Positions 1 to 10,511 of a stretch of DNA of 64,000 nt are shown piece by piece. The notes below the pieces were generated by a model. That model was not told the DNA's origin and searched no databases. It worked only from the letters and a program-made list of their open reading frames with translations. Source of the stretch: an uncultured virus (IMG/VR IMGVR_UViG_3300042261_001262) (taxonomy: Duplodnaviria; Heunggongvirae; Uroviricota; Caudoviricetes). Position 1 is the first letter of the stretch. Each line of letters opens with the position of its first letter. The position numbers and the translations under genes are program-made. Location: IMG/VR virus record IMGVR_UViG_3300042261_001262; one strand, 5' to 3'.

Positions 1-1
1 T

Positions 2-319
2 GAAGAAAAAATAAATCAGATAGTATTAGATAAAGCATTTGAATTAATTAAAAGTTTAGAAAAAAAAGGTCAAAAATGTGTAATAGAAGGTGTTGAGATT
101 CTTTTCATGAACAGAGAATATTTTCATGATAAACCAATTATCATATTACGAACTGCTTTATTAAAATCGAGTTTAAATGCATATAAAAGAAATAGAAAAC
201 ATTCAAATAATGAGATAACTTCATATCATATAATAAAAAATATATATGATAATCAAAAAGAATTCATTAAAAGATTAAAAGAATTCGAAGAATATATGGA
301 AGAAGAATTAAATAATTAA
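2..319 (+). CDS. 5'-truncated protein, possibly a small nucleotide kinase
   Basis: Frame is open from the window start (EEKINQIVLDKAFELIKSLEKKGQKCVIEGVEILF-MNREY...); CVIEG resembles a kinase Walker B. Function is weak inference. Confidence 0.45.
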   Translation, partial: EEKINQIVLDKAFELIKSLEKKGQKCVIEGVEILFMNREYFHDKPIIILRTALLKSSLNAYKRNRKHSNNEITSYHIIKNIYDNQKEFIKRLKEFEEYMEEELNN

Positions 320-331
320 GGAGTTTAGATT

Positions 332-841
332 ATGATTAGTGTATGTTCATTATTTGAAGTAAGAAAAAATGAACAAAAAAATATGAGAGAAGAAATTCTA
401 AAATTAAATACACCAGAAAAATATGATAAAAATAGATCTATATATATAAAACAAACTGAAAAAGAATTAGGAAAAATTCATCCAGATTATAAGTGGATTG
501 CAAAAAATCATTATTCTTTAGGTTATGGATATAACAAAGATGGTGAATATTATGAACTTGGAGGAATACAACATCCAGATGTCAAAAATTCTGAAGATTT
601 ATTATCACTTAATAAAAATTTAGTAAATCGTAAAAAATTAAATAAATTAAATCAAACAGCTATTTCATATAATAATCATCATAATAAGATTCTTGCCATA
701 GATAACTCTACTGGAGAAATTTATGGGCATGATTATAATTTTGAAAAAGAACCTGTTAAATTATATAATAATACAAATGATCTTATCAAAGATACAGTTT
801 TAAATAAAAGAATTAAATATACATATTCAAGTTCTGGATAA
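332..841 (+). CDS. SMI1/KNR4 (SUKH)-like protein with N-terminal LFE leader
   Basis: SD AGGAG; QTEKELGKIHPDYKWI matches the SUKH ExxLGxxxPxxY pattern; LAIDNSTGEIY. Confidence 0.6.
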   Translation: MISVCSLFEVRKNEQKNMREEILKLNTPEKYDKNRSIYIKQTEKELGKIHPDYKWIAKNHYSLGYGYNKDGEYYELGGIQHPDVKNSEDLLSLNKNLVNRKKLNKLNQTAISYNNHHNKILAIDNSTGEIYGHDYNFEKEPVKLYNNTNDLIKDTVLNKRIKYTYSSSG

Positions 842-866
842 AATTACTAGTAAAGGAGTAAAGTAA

Positions 867-1469
867 ATGCTTTCGTTAAGTTATTTATTCGAAGAAGAGG
901 AAGAGTTTGATATGAATGATATGAAACAACATTTTGAAAATAGAACAAATTTTCATATTAGTTTAGTTAATAAATATCTTGATAAAATAATAGCTTTACA
1001 TGATCTAAGAATAGATGATCAAAAGTTAATAAAAGAAAAAGAAACACATGATGAAAGTAAATTTCAAGATCCTGAATATGAACCATATCTCCACGTCAAC
1101 TGGAAGTATCATATGAGAGATCAAGGTGTTGAATATAATCCTGGAGATAAGATAGAAAAGAAAATGCAGGAAGCAACATTTCATCATGTGAAATCGAATC
1201 ATCATCATCCAGAAGCTTGGGATGCTGCTGCAACTGTTGAAAGTATAAATGGGAAAGATAGAGATCAACCACCAGCTCAAATGGTAGATGCAACTAAAAT
1301 GCCGATTACATTTGTAACGCTTATGGTTGCTGACTGGTGTGCTATGTCTGAAGAAAGAGGAAATAGTCCGACAGATTGGGCAAAACAAAATATAAATGTT
1401 CGTTGGAAGTTTAAACCAGAACAAGAAAAATTTATATATGATTTAATAAATCAAATATGGAGTAAATAA
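867..1469 (+). CDS. HD-like metal-binding protein (DUF5662-like)
   Basis: HDESKF...HHVKSNHHHPEAW...MP...MVADWCAMS pattern; SD AAGGAG. Confidence 0.65.
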   Translation: MLSLSYLFEEEEEFDMNDMKQHFENRTNFHISLVNKYLDKIIALHDLRIDDQKLIKEKETHDESKFQDPEYEPYLHVNWKYHMRDQGVEYNPGDKIEKKMQEATFHHVKSNHHHPEAWDAAATVESINGKDRDQPPAQMVDATKMPITFVTLMVADWCAMSEERGNSPTDWAKQNINVRWKFKPEQEKFIYDLINQIWSK

Positions 1470-1470
1470 A

Positions 1471-1689
1471 ATGGAAAATGTTTTGGATGTAGATGGAAAA
1501 CTTCATTATTCATCTGATTGTTATTTCGATACTGCATATGGAATCAGTATACAACTTAGTGATGAAATAACTGATTTTGTTAAAAACACAAAAGCAAGAC
1601 ATATTGCCGAAGTTGCAGTTTTTTATAAAAATGAAGTTAGAGAGTTCACATTAGATAATTTTTTAGATATTTTAGGTTTTAAGAGGTAA
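1471..1689 (+). CDS. hypothetical protein
   Basis: 72-aa ORF tightly packed in the operon. Confidence 0.65.
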   Translation: MENVLDVDGKLHYSSDCYFDTAYGISIQLSDEITDFVKNTKARHIAEVAVFYKNEVREFTLDNFLDILGFKR

Positions 1690-1692
1690 ATA

Positions 1693-1791
1693 ATGGCAGA
1701 TATAATTAAACTCCAAGTTAAGAGGAAAGAAAAGAGATTATCAAAAATAATTAAATTAATTTTAGATCATGCAAAATCATTGAATTGGTAA
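1693..1791 (+). CDS. small basic protein, 32 aa (MADIIKLQVKRKEKRLSKIIKLILDHAKSLNW)
   Basis: SD AGAGG; fills the gap between neighbours; below the ORF-track cutoff. Confidence 0.45.
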   Translation: MADIIKLQVKRKEKRLSKIIKLILDHAKSLNW

Positions 1792-1799
1792 GTGAAAAT

Positions 1800-2120
1800 A
1801 TGGCAATATTTCTTACATTTATCTGTGGATGTCTTTTCACAGTTGGGGATGTGCTTATTAAATATTGGATATTAAGTTCTAGATGGATATATTTTATAAT
1901 TGCTGTAGCATTCTGGACATTTGGTTGTCTTTTTGGTGGTTATGCAATGAAGTATAAAAGTATAATTATTATTTCTATGATGGCTGTATTATTTAATATA
2001 ATTACATTATTTTTCGTAAGTAGATTTTGGTTTAAAGAAATAATTACAAGATCTGAATATATTGGTTTAATTTTAGGAATTTTATCACTCGTCTTTATAC
2101 ATATTAAATTGGGAGATTAA
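1800..2120 (+). CDS. small 4-TM membrane protein, SMR/DMT transporter-like
   Basis: Four hydrophobic segments; FWFKE-I-T...IGLILG C-terminus typical of SMR/DMT; ATG at 1800 in the 1785 ORF frame. Confidence 0.65.
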   Translation: MAIFLTFICGCLFTVGDVLIKYWILSSRWIYFIIAVAFWTFGCLFGGYAMKYKSIIIISMMAVLFNIITLFFVSRFWFKEIITRSEYIGLILGILSLVFIHIKLGD

Positions 2121-2123
2121 ATA

Positions 2124-2540
2124 ATGATTAGTCTTTGTTTATTATTTGAAAAAGGTGGATATTATGGTTCTGGTAATACTGATGCTACAAAATCTTTTAA
2201 TTATGATGAAGGATCAATAAGTAGATATATTCAAGCAAATATTAAAGATAAATCTGAACCTATAAAGAAATCAAAGCCAGTCCCAGAAGATAATTTTCCA
2301 TTAACACCTGGTCAAATAAGACATAATGAATTAGAAAAAGAACGAATGAAACAAGAAGGTATAAAAGCTGAATATCATAGAAAATTGAGACAGCAAAAAG
2401 CGGAAGAATTGCAAGCAATAAAAACTGCAGCAAAACAAAAAAGAGCTCATGAATCCAAAATCAAAAGAGACATTCAAAAAAGTAATAGTTTGATTTCATT
2501 TCTGAAAAATCAGAAAAAACATCTGGAGACTAAATTATGA
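2124..2540 (+). CDS. basic hypothetical protein with LFE leader (candidate head-internal protein)
   Basis: Starts MISLCLLFE; K/R-rich helical C-terminus. Confidence 0.65.
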   Translation: MISLCLLFEKGGYYGSGNTDATKSFNYDEGSISRYIQANIKDKSEPIKKSKPVPEDNFPLTPGQIRHNELEKERMKQEGIKAEYHRKLRQQKAEELQAIKTAAKQKRAHESKIKRDIQKSNSLISFLKNQKKHLETKL

Positions 2541-3082
2541 TTAGTCTTACTAATCTATTTGAGTCTAAACTTCCTTTACGATATAGAGTTGAAATTATAA
2601 TCATAAAAGATAATCAAATACTTCTTACAATTGTTCCACCATATCCACCAACAGTAACTAAATCATATTTTAATTTTCCTGGTGGAGGTATAGAACAAGG
2701 GAACACACCGGAAGAAACAGTTCGAAAGGAATGTTTAGAAGAAGTTGGAATCAAAGTTAAAAATATTCAAAAAATTGATATGGAACCATTTATTCAAACT
2801 CATCAACAAGCATTTCAAAAGAAAACAACCTCCGATAGGATTAATCAAAGAGGACAACAATATTCTGGTTATCATACGACTTTTTATGTTGCTAATTATG
2901 ATAAAATAGATAAGAGATTATATGGTTCAGATGATGATGAAATGATATATAAATTTGTACCATTTAAAGAAGCAATAAATATTATGGTTGAACAATCTAA
3001 AAATTTTGAAGATAAATCAAAGTTGAAGTTATTTGAAAGAAGATTAGAAGCATTAGAAAATTTGAAAAAGGACATTAAATGA
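2537..3082 (+). CDS. Nudix hydrolase
   Basis: Nudix box GGGIEQGNTPEETVRKECLEEVG. Confidence 0.9.
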   Translation: MISLTNLFESKLPLRYRVEIIIIKDNQILLTIVPPYPPTVTKSYFNFPGGGIEQGNTPEETVRKECLEEVGIKVKNIQKIDMEPFIQTHQQAFQKKTTSDRINQRGQQYSGYHTTFYVANYDKIDKRLYGSDDDEMIYKFVPFKEAINIMVEQSKNFEDKSKLKLFERRLEALENLKKDIK

Positions 3083-3999
3083 TCGTTATAACAAAAGATA
3101 ATAACTTTAATATGTTAAATGATTTTGAAAATAAAACGTTATTGATTAAAAGAACTATGGCAATTGGTGATGTTATTATGACAACACCAATAATTAGACA
3201 AATAAAACAGTTAACATCTAACCAATTGATTATTGATTTTGAAACTATGAAAAAAGATGTATTTTTTTATAATGATATGATAAGAAGATATGATAATTTA
3301 ATGCCAATAGATAAATATGATTATGTGCTAGATTTAAATAGTATTTATGAGAACCAACCAAGTAAACATGTAATTGAAGCTTATGCTTCTATTGCATTTG
3401 CGGATTTTAATTTTGATCATTCATATTATGTACCAACATCTGATGTTGAAAAAAGAATAAGCGACTTAATTATAAGTAATGCAGGATTAGATAATAAAAA
3501 ATTTATAGTTTTTCATATGGCTCAGAGTGGAAGAAATAGAACTTTGTCTCCTGATTTTTGGTTACAAGCTTGTAAACTAGCTATAGATTTTGGATATGAA
3601 GTAATAAATGTTGGTACTTTTAATGATTTTGGAATGATTGGAAAACATATTACAGATTTTCGAGGAAAGTTATCATTACATCAGACTTTAAGAATTTTAG
3701 AAAGAGCATCTTGTGTTATAGGATCAGATTCTGGAATGATTCATTTAGCAGCATGTACAGAAGTTCCAATAATTGGTTTATTTACATGTGTTAAATCAGA
3801 ATATAGATTACCAACAAGACATGGGAAAAAAGGTTGGAATTTTGAAGCAATATCTACTCCATTAGAATGTTATGGATGTAGAGAGTTAGAACCTCCTCCA
3901 GTATTTAATAATGAATGTAAATATGGAAATTATGCTTGTACAAATTCATTTACCAAACAAATGGTTGAAGATTCATTAGTTAGATTATTAGATAAATGA
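3079..3999 (+). CDS. glycosyltransferase family 9 (heptosyltransferase-like)
   Basis: AIGDVIMTTP N-terminal motif; DFRGKLSL; DSGMIHLAA GT9 motif. Confidence 0.88.
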   Translation: MIVITKDNNFNMLNDFENKTLLIKRTMAIGDVIMTTPIIRQIKQLTSNQLIIDFETMKKDVFFYNDMIRRYDNLMPIDKYDYVLDLNSIYENQPSKHVIEAYASIAFADFNFDHSYYVPTSDVEKRISDLIISNAGLDNKKFIVFHMAQSGRNRTLSPDFWLQACKLAIDFGYEVINVGTFNDFGMIGKHITDFRGKLSLHQTLRILERASCVIGSDSGMIHLAACTEVPIIGLFTCVKSEYRLPTRHGKKGWNFEAISTPLECYGCRELEPPPVFNNECKYGNYACTNSFTKQMVEDSLVRLLDK

Positions 4000-4006
4000 G
4001 GATACT

Positions 4007-4918
4007 ATGGATGAGTTGATTGGACTCGAATATTTATTTGAAGTCTCAAGACTTCGGCCAGAAGTTCTTAAGGATGCTGATGATGCTTTTGTCCGATTAA
4101 AAAAAGATATAAAAGATTTACAGGCTAAAAAAGATTTAACAAATACTATTAAAGAGTTTTCTGGAATTTCTAGTGTAGTCATTTCTATAAAACCAGATTT
4201 TTTTAATGTAGCGGTGATACCAGTATATAATAGACAATTATCTTTGGATGTTATTGATATATTGAAAGATTATAAACCAACAGAAGAAAAAAGAGTAGAA
4301 ACTGTCGAAGAACCATCTGACTATATTAAGAAAATATATATAATTATTGGTGTTGAAGCAATGCATGTTTGGACACCGAGAGAATTAACAGCAATTATGT
4401 TACATGAACTTGGGCATGTTTTTATACATACTGCAAATTTACCAGGTATAATTATTGGAATTGTTAAGAAAATAGTAGCTGCATCAATACCAACAAGGAT
4501 AGCAGCTGGTGCAGTTTTACAATATTTGGGTTATTTAACAGGTTCACTAATATCAATATCTACATTTTTTTCAATTGGTGTGCTTTTATTCTTTGTGAGT
4601 CATTCATTAACATTTTTAGAACATAGAACTGAATATAAAGCTGACCAATTTGCTGCGAAATATGGTTATGGGGATGAAATGATAAAAGCACTATATAAAA
4701 TTCATCATATAGAAGTCAAAAAAATAGAACAAACTCCTTGGTATAAAAAAATATTAAAAGCATTATGGGAATTTTTTATTTATGCTCCGGATCATCCTCC
4801 GTCATCTAAACGAATAGAAAGACTTTCAGATGATATAGAAGAATCTTATAAGCAGATGTATCCTAAGTTATCAAAAGAATTAAATATTATTATTAGCGAT
4901 ATTAAAAGTGAGGCATAA
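4007..4918 (+). CDS. M48-like zinc metallopeptidase
   Basis: ELTAIMLHELGH (HExxH), EYKADQFA, HP..RI; hydrophobic central segment. Confidence 0.8.
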   Translation: MDELIGLEYLFEVSRLRPEVLKDADDAFVRLKKDIKDLQAKKDLTNTIKEFSGISSVVISIKPDFFNVAVIPVYNRQLSLDVIDILKDYKPTEEKRVETVEEPSDYIKKIYIIIGVEAMHVWTPRELTAIMLHELGHVFIHTANLPGIIIGIVKKIVAASIPTRIAAGAVLQYLGYLTGSLISISTFFSIGVLLFFVSHSLTFLEHRTEYKADQFAAKYGYGDEMIKALYKIHHIEVKKIEQTPWYKKILKALWEFFIYAPDHPPSSKRIERLSDDIEESYKQMYPKLSKELNIIISDIKSEA

Positions 4919-4920
4919 GA

Positions 4921-7203
4921 ATGAATATAACTGGTCTTTCACAATATTCAAAATCAATGGGGGCTTTACGTCATCCATCCCGCGGTGATGGTTTTGCGGG
5001 TCAAACATTTAGATTATTATTTATTTATCCTATTTTAATAGCTGATAAAATTGCAAATTTTCAACAAACTGAGAAAACTATTAGAAATTTTATATCAGTT
5101 ACATTCTTAAAAGAGTTGTTTATTCAGAATGCAATTAGTATAGTTTCAATGGCTAATCAAATTCAACCTTTATCTGATGAAAAAGGTACACATATAGATA
5201 CTGGTGCTACTTTAGCAAAAGTTATGGCTTCACTAAGCGGGGGTTCTACATCTGATTATGTGAGACCTTCTGTATCTGATCATTATCCTATTTCTCCGGT
5301 GTATAGAAATCAGTTGCAACAAAAAATTAATGAGAAAACAGCAATTATTCAACAATACACAAAAACAGATCCAGAGTTGATGAAGTTTAATCCTTATATT
5401 GAAATAATTACTATGGGTAATTTAATAGATGTTCCAGTTATAGTTGGTACAAAAACACTTCAAGTTGATACTTTGACTGCTACCCATATTTTAATGGGAT
5501 CAATTGCATTAAGAAAACCATTAACATCAGTATCAAATTTGGATGAAATATGTACAGTTTTAGAAAGATTAAATCCTCAATCATATTGGCAATTATTGAA
5601 TAATTTAACATTATCAGAAGATGCAGGATCAGAGACAGCTAATTTCTTGAAAAAAATAGTTAATAAAACGGCTGTTAAAGCTGCTGATTTTATTGAGAGA
5701 TATTCTCATGCCTCCAGTCTAACTTATAATATGAGACAAATTGGAACACAAAAAACTCCAGTGTTTAAAACAACTAAAAGATTTCCTGGTCAAATTGTTA
5801 CATCTGAAAATATTCCAGAACCCGAGTTTAAAGAGGATGAAACATTTTATGTATTAAATACTTTAAAGAGTAATTTAAATCAAACCAGATTATTTTTTAA
5901 AATGGCAATGGATTCAGAATTATTGGCTTCTCAGTTTGGAGTAAAAATTAGAGATGAGAAAACAACTAGACATAGAATTGTTGATCCTAAGTTAACAAAT
6001 GAAATGAAAAGGGTAAAAGAAGAAACTTTCTCTCAATTTTTTAATTTATTATCATCTCATGGTCTTTTATTATTGCGTTCTGCTCTTAATAGTGTTGCTC
6101 CTTCTCCAGATCCTATAGCACATGAACCAGGAGAAGGATTAACTACATTAGAAATGATACGTGATAAGTTTGAAGGAACACAACATGAAACGAGTATAAT
6201 TACTCATATGAAAAACAATTTTGATGAAATTGTACGAATAATAATAGATTCTATTAATGCAGATAATACTTTAGATGTTAGAGAGAAGTTTGCTAGTGTT
6301 AAAAAGTTTTGTGAATATCCATCAGTAAGAACACTTGATTTTAGTTCTAGAAAATTTGAGAATAGTAATAGTGTATTGATGTCTTCATTTACTATGGAAC
6401 AATATACATCTTTTATCTCATCTTTAACTGATGCTGCTGAAAATAGTGTAACAGATGTTGCTAAAATGAAAGATATATTAGAAGAAATTGTTAGAGCTGA
6501 GTATAAAACTCAACTTAATAGATATTTAACACTCATTTTTTCAGATGATATTTCACAGTTAGTTGGTGATGTATTTGAACCCTATGAAAATGCATATGAT
6601 TTTCCTGGCGTAAAACCAATGATTGTTGTTGTTGCTGATGATGCCGCTGCACAGGTTAATCGAGTTAATGATAATGTAACTACTTTACGAGTAAAAAATA
6701 ATATAATTCCTGATTACGTAAAGTATATTTCACAATATTTTTATTTCTTATTTATGGTTTCATTTCAGGCGGCATTTCAAAAATTTATTATGACAGCTGA
6801 TGTTGATATTGAAACATCATATCACGAAGTTACTGATTCTTTGAATTATAGTTTAGTTTTACCAATAGAGATTATGAATATGTTGCACACAGCTATTATA
6901 TCAAAGGGATGGGGTCAATTAACAACAAATAGAGATAATACTAGATTAACAAGTGAACAATTAGGACAACAGGGTATTACGACTGTTAATGAAACTTATG
7001 CAAAAAATATAATTAAAATAGTAAGTCAAAGAATAGGTGTTCCAAATTTATTTATTATTGATTCAAAGAAAAATGATTTGTATTATAAATTAATGCATCA
7101 AACTGGTGTTATTAAAACAAAAATAGCAACATTGGAAACTTTCGTAAAGTCATCAACTAATAAACAGATGACTCAATCACAAACTTCATCATATTTATAT
7201 TAG
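4921..7203 (+). CDS. large hypothetical protein (probable virion component)
   Basis: 760-aa ORF in the structural module; no recognisable motif. Confidence 0.7.
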   Translation: MNITGLSQYSKSMGALRHPSRGDGFAGQTFRLLFIYPILIADKIANFQQTEKTIRNFISVTFLKELFIQNAISIVSMANQIQPLSDEKGTHIDTGATLAKVMASLSGGSTSDYVRPSVSDHYPISPVYRNQLQQKINEKTAIIQQYTKTDPELMKFNPYIEIITMGNLIDVPVIVGTKTLQVDTLTATHILMGSIALRKPLTSVSNLDEICTVLERLNPQSYWQLLNNLTLSEDAGSETANFLKKIVNKTAVKAADFIERYSHASSLTYNMRQIGTQKTPVFKTTKRFPGQIVTSENIPEPEFKEDETFYVLNTLKSNLNQTRLFFKMAMDSELLASQFGVKIRDEKTTRHRIVDPKLTNEMKRVKEETFSQFFNLLSSHGLLLLRSALNSVAPSPDPIAHEPGEGLTTLEMIRDKFEGTQHETSIITHMKNNFDEIVRIIIDSINADNTLDVREKFASVKKFCEYPSVRTLDFSSRKFENSNSVLMSSFTMEQYTSFISSLTDAAENSVTDVAKMKDILEEIVRAEYKTQLNRYLTLIFSDDISQLVGDVFEPYENAYDFPGVKPMIVVVADDAAAQVNRVNDNVTTLRVKNNIIPDYVKYISQYFYFLFMVSFQAAFQKFIMTADVDIETSYHEVTDSLNYSLVLPIEIMNMLHTAIISKGWGQLTTNRDNTRLTSEQLGQQGITTVNETYAKNIIKIVSQRIGVPNLFIIDSKKNDLYYKLMHQTGVIKTKIATLETFVKSSTNKQMTQSQTSSYLY

Positions 7204-7215
7204 GAGGATTTAAAA

Positions 7216-7944
7216 ATGGGTTTATTGACAGAAGTTGATAATTTTGAATTAATGGAAGAATCAAGAAAAGCTTTAAATAAAATTTTAAGAGAAAAAGAAG
7301 TTAAAAGAGATCCTTTAAAAGTATTATCTGAATCGTTACAGAAATCATCAGTTGGAGCAGATTTTTTTGATCCTTATGATGCTCTTATTTGGGAAGGAAA
7401 AGTTAAGGTTGATGTTCTTTATTTAGATCAGTTAATGTCTAAACTTGATGAATCAATTTCAGAATCAGTTCAGAAAGCGATGGTACCATATTTTAGAAAT
7501 ATTCGACAAATTTATGAATTTGTGAATATTAAACCTGAAATATATGGAAGAGATGTTGATTTTACAATTTTAGCAGAATCTAACGAAAAGAGATCTCAAA
7601 AAGTTGCTAAAGTTATATATGAATATCTTGATACCCATTTTTATAGTTTAACTCCAGAAAAACGACAATCTAAGTATTTAGAAAATTGTAAAGAATTATC
7701 TAAAGAATTAATTAGTGAAGGTGTTGAGCCGGATCAAGCTATTAGCTTGGGTATTAAAACATCAATAGTTGAAAATTTACTTACAAGGATAGCTTTTCCA
7801 TTTTCTACTTGGTCTAGAATAAAATATTTGACTGAATCTGAAGATTATGGAATAGTATTTGATCAAACAGAACTTATAAATCTTGTAAATCTTTTCGAAA
7901 GGAATACTTATAGAATAGCGAAAGCTATTGCGATGGTAATATAA
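7216..7944 (+). CDS. hypothetical protein, possibly head core
   Basis: SD AGGAGG; several L/I-x-E sites (LLTE, VLSE, ILAE, LISE, YLTE). Confidence 0.65.
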   Translation: MGLLTEVDNFELMEESRKALNKILREKEVKRDPLKVLSESLQKSSVGADFFDPYDALIWEGKVKVDVLYLDQLMSKLDESISESVQKAMVPYFRNIRQIYEFVNIKPEIYGRDVDFTILAESNEKRSQKVAKVIYEYLDTHFYSLTPEKRQSKYLENCKELSKELISEGVEPDQAISLGIKTSIVENLLTRIAFPFSTWSRIKYLTESEDYGIVFDQTELINLVNLFERNTYRIAKAIAMVI

Positions 7945-7979
7945 CTAGTTTATGAAACTTCTTAAAAAAGGAGTGTAAC

Positions 7980-9227
7980 GTGTCAAAAGTTGATGACTTA
8001 TACAACCATATCGAAAATGAAATGACCATTGATCCAAAATTAAATAATCAACTTTTTACAGAACTAAGTAGGATTGTTTCATCGGCATATAATCAGTCAA
8101 TGAATTCAGATGAAGGTTATTGTTTTAAATTTACATTGCCGATGACACCTGTTAATAAGTTGTATAGCTTATTAAAATTAGATCCAAAAGAAGTTGGAAA
8201 TACATTCCAAAAAGAATGGAATGTCCCTTCAAATGCTACTATGTATAATGACCCATATTATCATATTTTGCTTTTAATATACTATTATGCTATAAAGATT
8301 AAAAATGATCTTTTAGCTAGTCATGCTTTATTTATTCTTTTAATAAAATTATGGAATGGTCGAAAATCTAAATATATTAGATATTGTGATAAAAGAGTTA
8401 TGAATTATGTCGTTGCACACATGGTTACTAATAAACACTTAGTTGCAAAATTTGATTCTCCACTAAGTCTTCTTAAGGAATACTTTTGTCCGACTTTAAC
8501 AGCGACATATAAAGATCAAATATTAAGAGAACCAGCATTAAAACTTAAACAATTATTTATGCAAGCTTGGTCTAGAATAAATCAATTGTTTGTTTTTAAT
8601 TTAAGAATTAATATGGAAACAGGTGATAAGGAAGCTCAAGGTGGTTTATTACCTTTGTATATGAAAGCTAAACAGGAAAACCTATATCTTACCACCACCA
8701 CGATTTCAAAATCTTCGGATGAGGATGAACCAACATTTGATCAATATACTTCAATTCATAATAGAGATAAAATTGTTAGTGACACAACAGATTTTATTAC
8801 CATGAATACAAAACCACAATACACTACAACTTTTATTTCTTCTGTTAATGGTCAGACTAAAGTTTCAAGTAAGGTAATTGAAAAAATGTTAATAACATTA
8901 CATAATCATAAATATTATGATTTAATTCATGATATTTTAGCGATTATATTGTCAAGAACAAATGTAGTTGATAAAGGTGATATCTGCAAACAAGATTTTA
9001 CAACTACTGTGAAAAGAACAATTATTTCGTCTAAGAATACTATTGATATTAAAAATATTCAAAAATTATTGGATGAACTTGCTATCAAGATTTTTGAAGA
9101 TGGATTGGGATTAAATTTTACAAAATATAGTAATGTACAACAAATACAGATTCGAAACGTACTTATATATGGTTTAATATACAATCTGAAAAAGTATAAT
9201 TGTCAAGGACAAACTATAGGAATATAA
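7980..9227 (+). CDS. hypothetical protein
   Basis: 415-aa ORF, GTG start with SD AAGGAG. Confidence 0.75.
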   Translation: MSKVDDLYNHIENEMTIDPKLNNQLFTELSRIVSSAYNQSMNSDEGYCFKFTLPMTPVNKLYSLLKLDPKEVGNTFQKEWNVPSNATMYNDPYYHILLLIYYYAIKIKNDLLASHALFILLIKLWNGRKSKYIRYCDKRVMNYVVAHMVTNKHLVAKFDSPLSLLKEYFCPTLTATYKDQILREPALKLKQLFMQAWSRINQLFVFNLRINMETGDKEAQGGLLPLYMKAKQENLYLTTTTISKSSDEDEPTFDQYTSIHNRDKIVSDTTDFITMNTKPQYTTTFISSVNGQTKVSSKVIEKMLITLHNHKYYDLIHDILAIILSRTNVVDKGDICKQDFTTTVKRTIISSKNTIDIKNIQKLLDELAIKIFEDGLGLNFTKYSNVQQIQIRNVLIYGLIYNLKKYNCQGQTIGI

Positions 9228-9267
9228 GATATTGATGATATGTTATTTATCATCAATATCTTATATT
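9221..9267. terminator. 20-bp perfect inverted repeat (terminator or processing hairpin)
   Basis: AATATAAGATATTGATGATA-N7-TATCATCAATATCTTATATT at the end of a gene. Confidence 0.55.
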
Positions 9268-9282
9268 TAAAAAGAGGATTCT

Positions 9283-10491
9283 ATGGAGAATTTGATAGAA
9301 TATTTAAATACTGTATTTGGTGATGGTAAAACTAATTCTGGGCTACTTAAATTTTTCTATCAACAACAATATAGAGATTTTAGTCCAGATATTAATGGTT
9401 ATACATTGATATTTATGGTTCCTCCAGATTTAAGTGGATATAGAGTACGAAATGCAAGTAATTATAATCAGATTGATACAAATTCTTATGTTGGACGAGT
9501 TTCAAATTTGATAGCTTTTGCTGCAGTTGATTTTGCTCCACCACAGACACAAGTGAATACTGAACAAATTTCATCAAGAAATGGAGCAATTCCTTATGCT
9601 ACTGAAGTAACAGAAACTGATCAATGTTCTATTACTTATGTTGATAATTCAAATCTTGAAGTTTATCAATTCCATCATTTATGGGTTGAATATATGCGGG
9701 AAGTGATGGAAGGAGTAATTGAACCAGATAGTCAATATTATGATCCTAATAATGTTCGTTGTGGTCAAATAGATTATGCTGCATCTTTATACATAATTAA
9801 ATACCGTCCAGATATGAAAACCATAACTTTTGTATCAAAATGTATTGGTGTATTTCCACAGGGTTTACCTAGTAAAGAACTTATAGGAACTAGAACATCA
9901 AATGAATTAACTACATTGCCCTTTACTTATTTTTGTACAGCGTATAGAGAAGCTACTTTTCTTGATAGAAATAACAGTGGTGGAACACATTGGATATTAT
10001 CAGAATTGAATACAAATATTTTAACTAGATTTGGTTCAGCAAGTAATACAAATCAATTACTTGCTACAGGTAGTTCTTTGGGAGGTTTTATTCCAGATAT
10101 ATCTGGATCAAATCTTACTTCTTTTGGTAATATTTTTGGAATGGTGTCAAATTTTACACCAATTCCAGCTTCAAGCACACCAACAGGTGAAAGTATGGGA
10201 TGGAACGAAGAAGCTGGAACATATGCTGAAGGTTACGTACCAAGTCCTGGAGAAACTTCTTGGTTACAAAAAGGGGCATCATTTGTTGGTAGTGCTGCTC
10301 GAGTAGCTGGACAAGGTTTATCATATGTTAGCCAAGCTGCCCAAGTAGTTAATCAAGGACCTTCTATGTTAAATCAAGGAACAACATTTGTTAAATCTAC
10401 AGGTCAAGCAGTTATATCTCAAGGTAATCAAATTCAAACACAAGTGACTGGTTTTTCTCGTATTGTGACTAAAGTTCCGAAGTTTTATTAA
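9283..10491 (+). CDS. tail tube-like baseplate protein
   Basis: N-terminal ~230 aa parallels tube protein 45456..46274 (P-I-GY...GVFP...TL.F.Y); low-complexity G/S/Q tail. Confidence 0.6.
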   Translation: MENLIEYLNTVFGDGKTNSGLLKFFYQQQYRDFSPDINGYTLIFMVPPDLSGYRVRNASNYNQIDTNSYVGRVSNLIAFAAVDFAPPQTQVNTEQISSRNGAIPYATEVTETDQCSITYVDNSNLEVYQFHHLWVEYMREVMEGVIEPDSQYYDPNNVRCGQIDYAASLYIIKYRPDMKTITFVSKCIGVFPQGLPSKELIGTRTSNELTTLPFTYFCTAYREATFLDRNNSGGTHWILSELNTNILTRFGSASNTNQLLATGSSLGGFIPDISGSNLTSFGNIFGMVSNFTPIPASSTPTGESMGWNEEAGTYAEGYVPSPGETSWLQKGASFVGSAARVAGQGLSYVSQAAQVVNQGPSMLNQGTTFVKSTGQAVISQGNQIQTQVTGFSRIVTKVPKFY

Positions 10492-10511
10492 ATGATGTTG
10501 AGGAGAGAATA

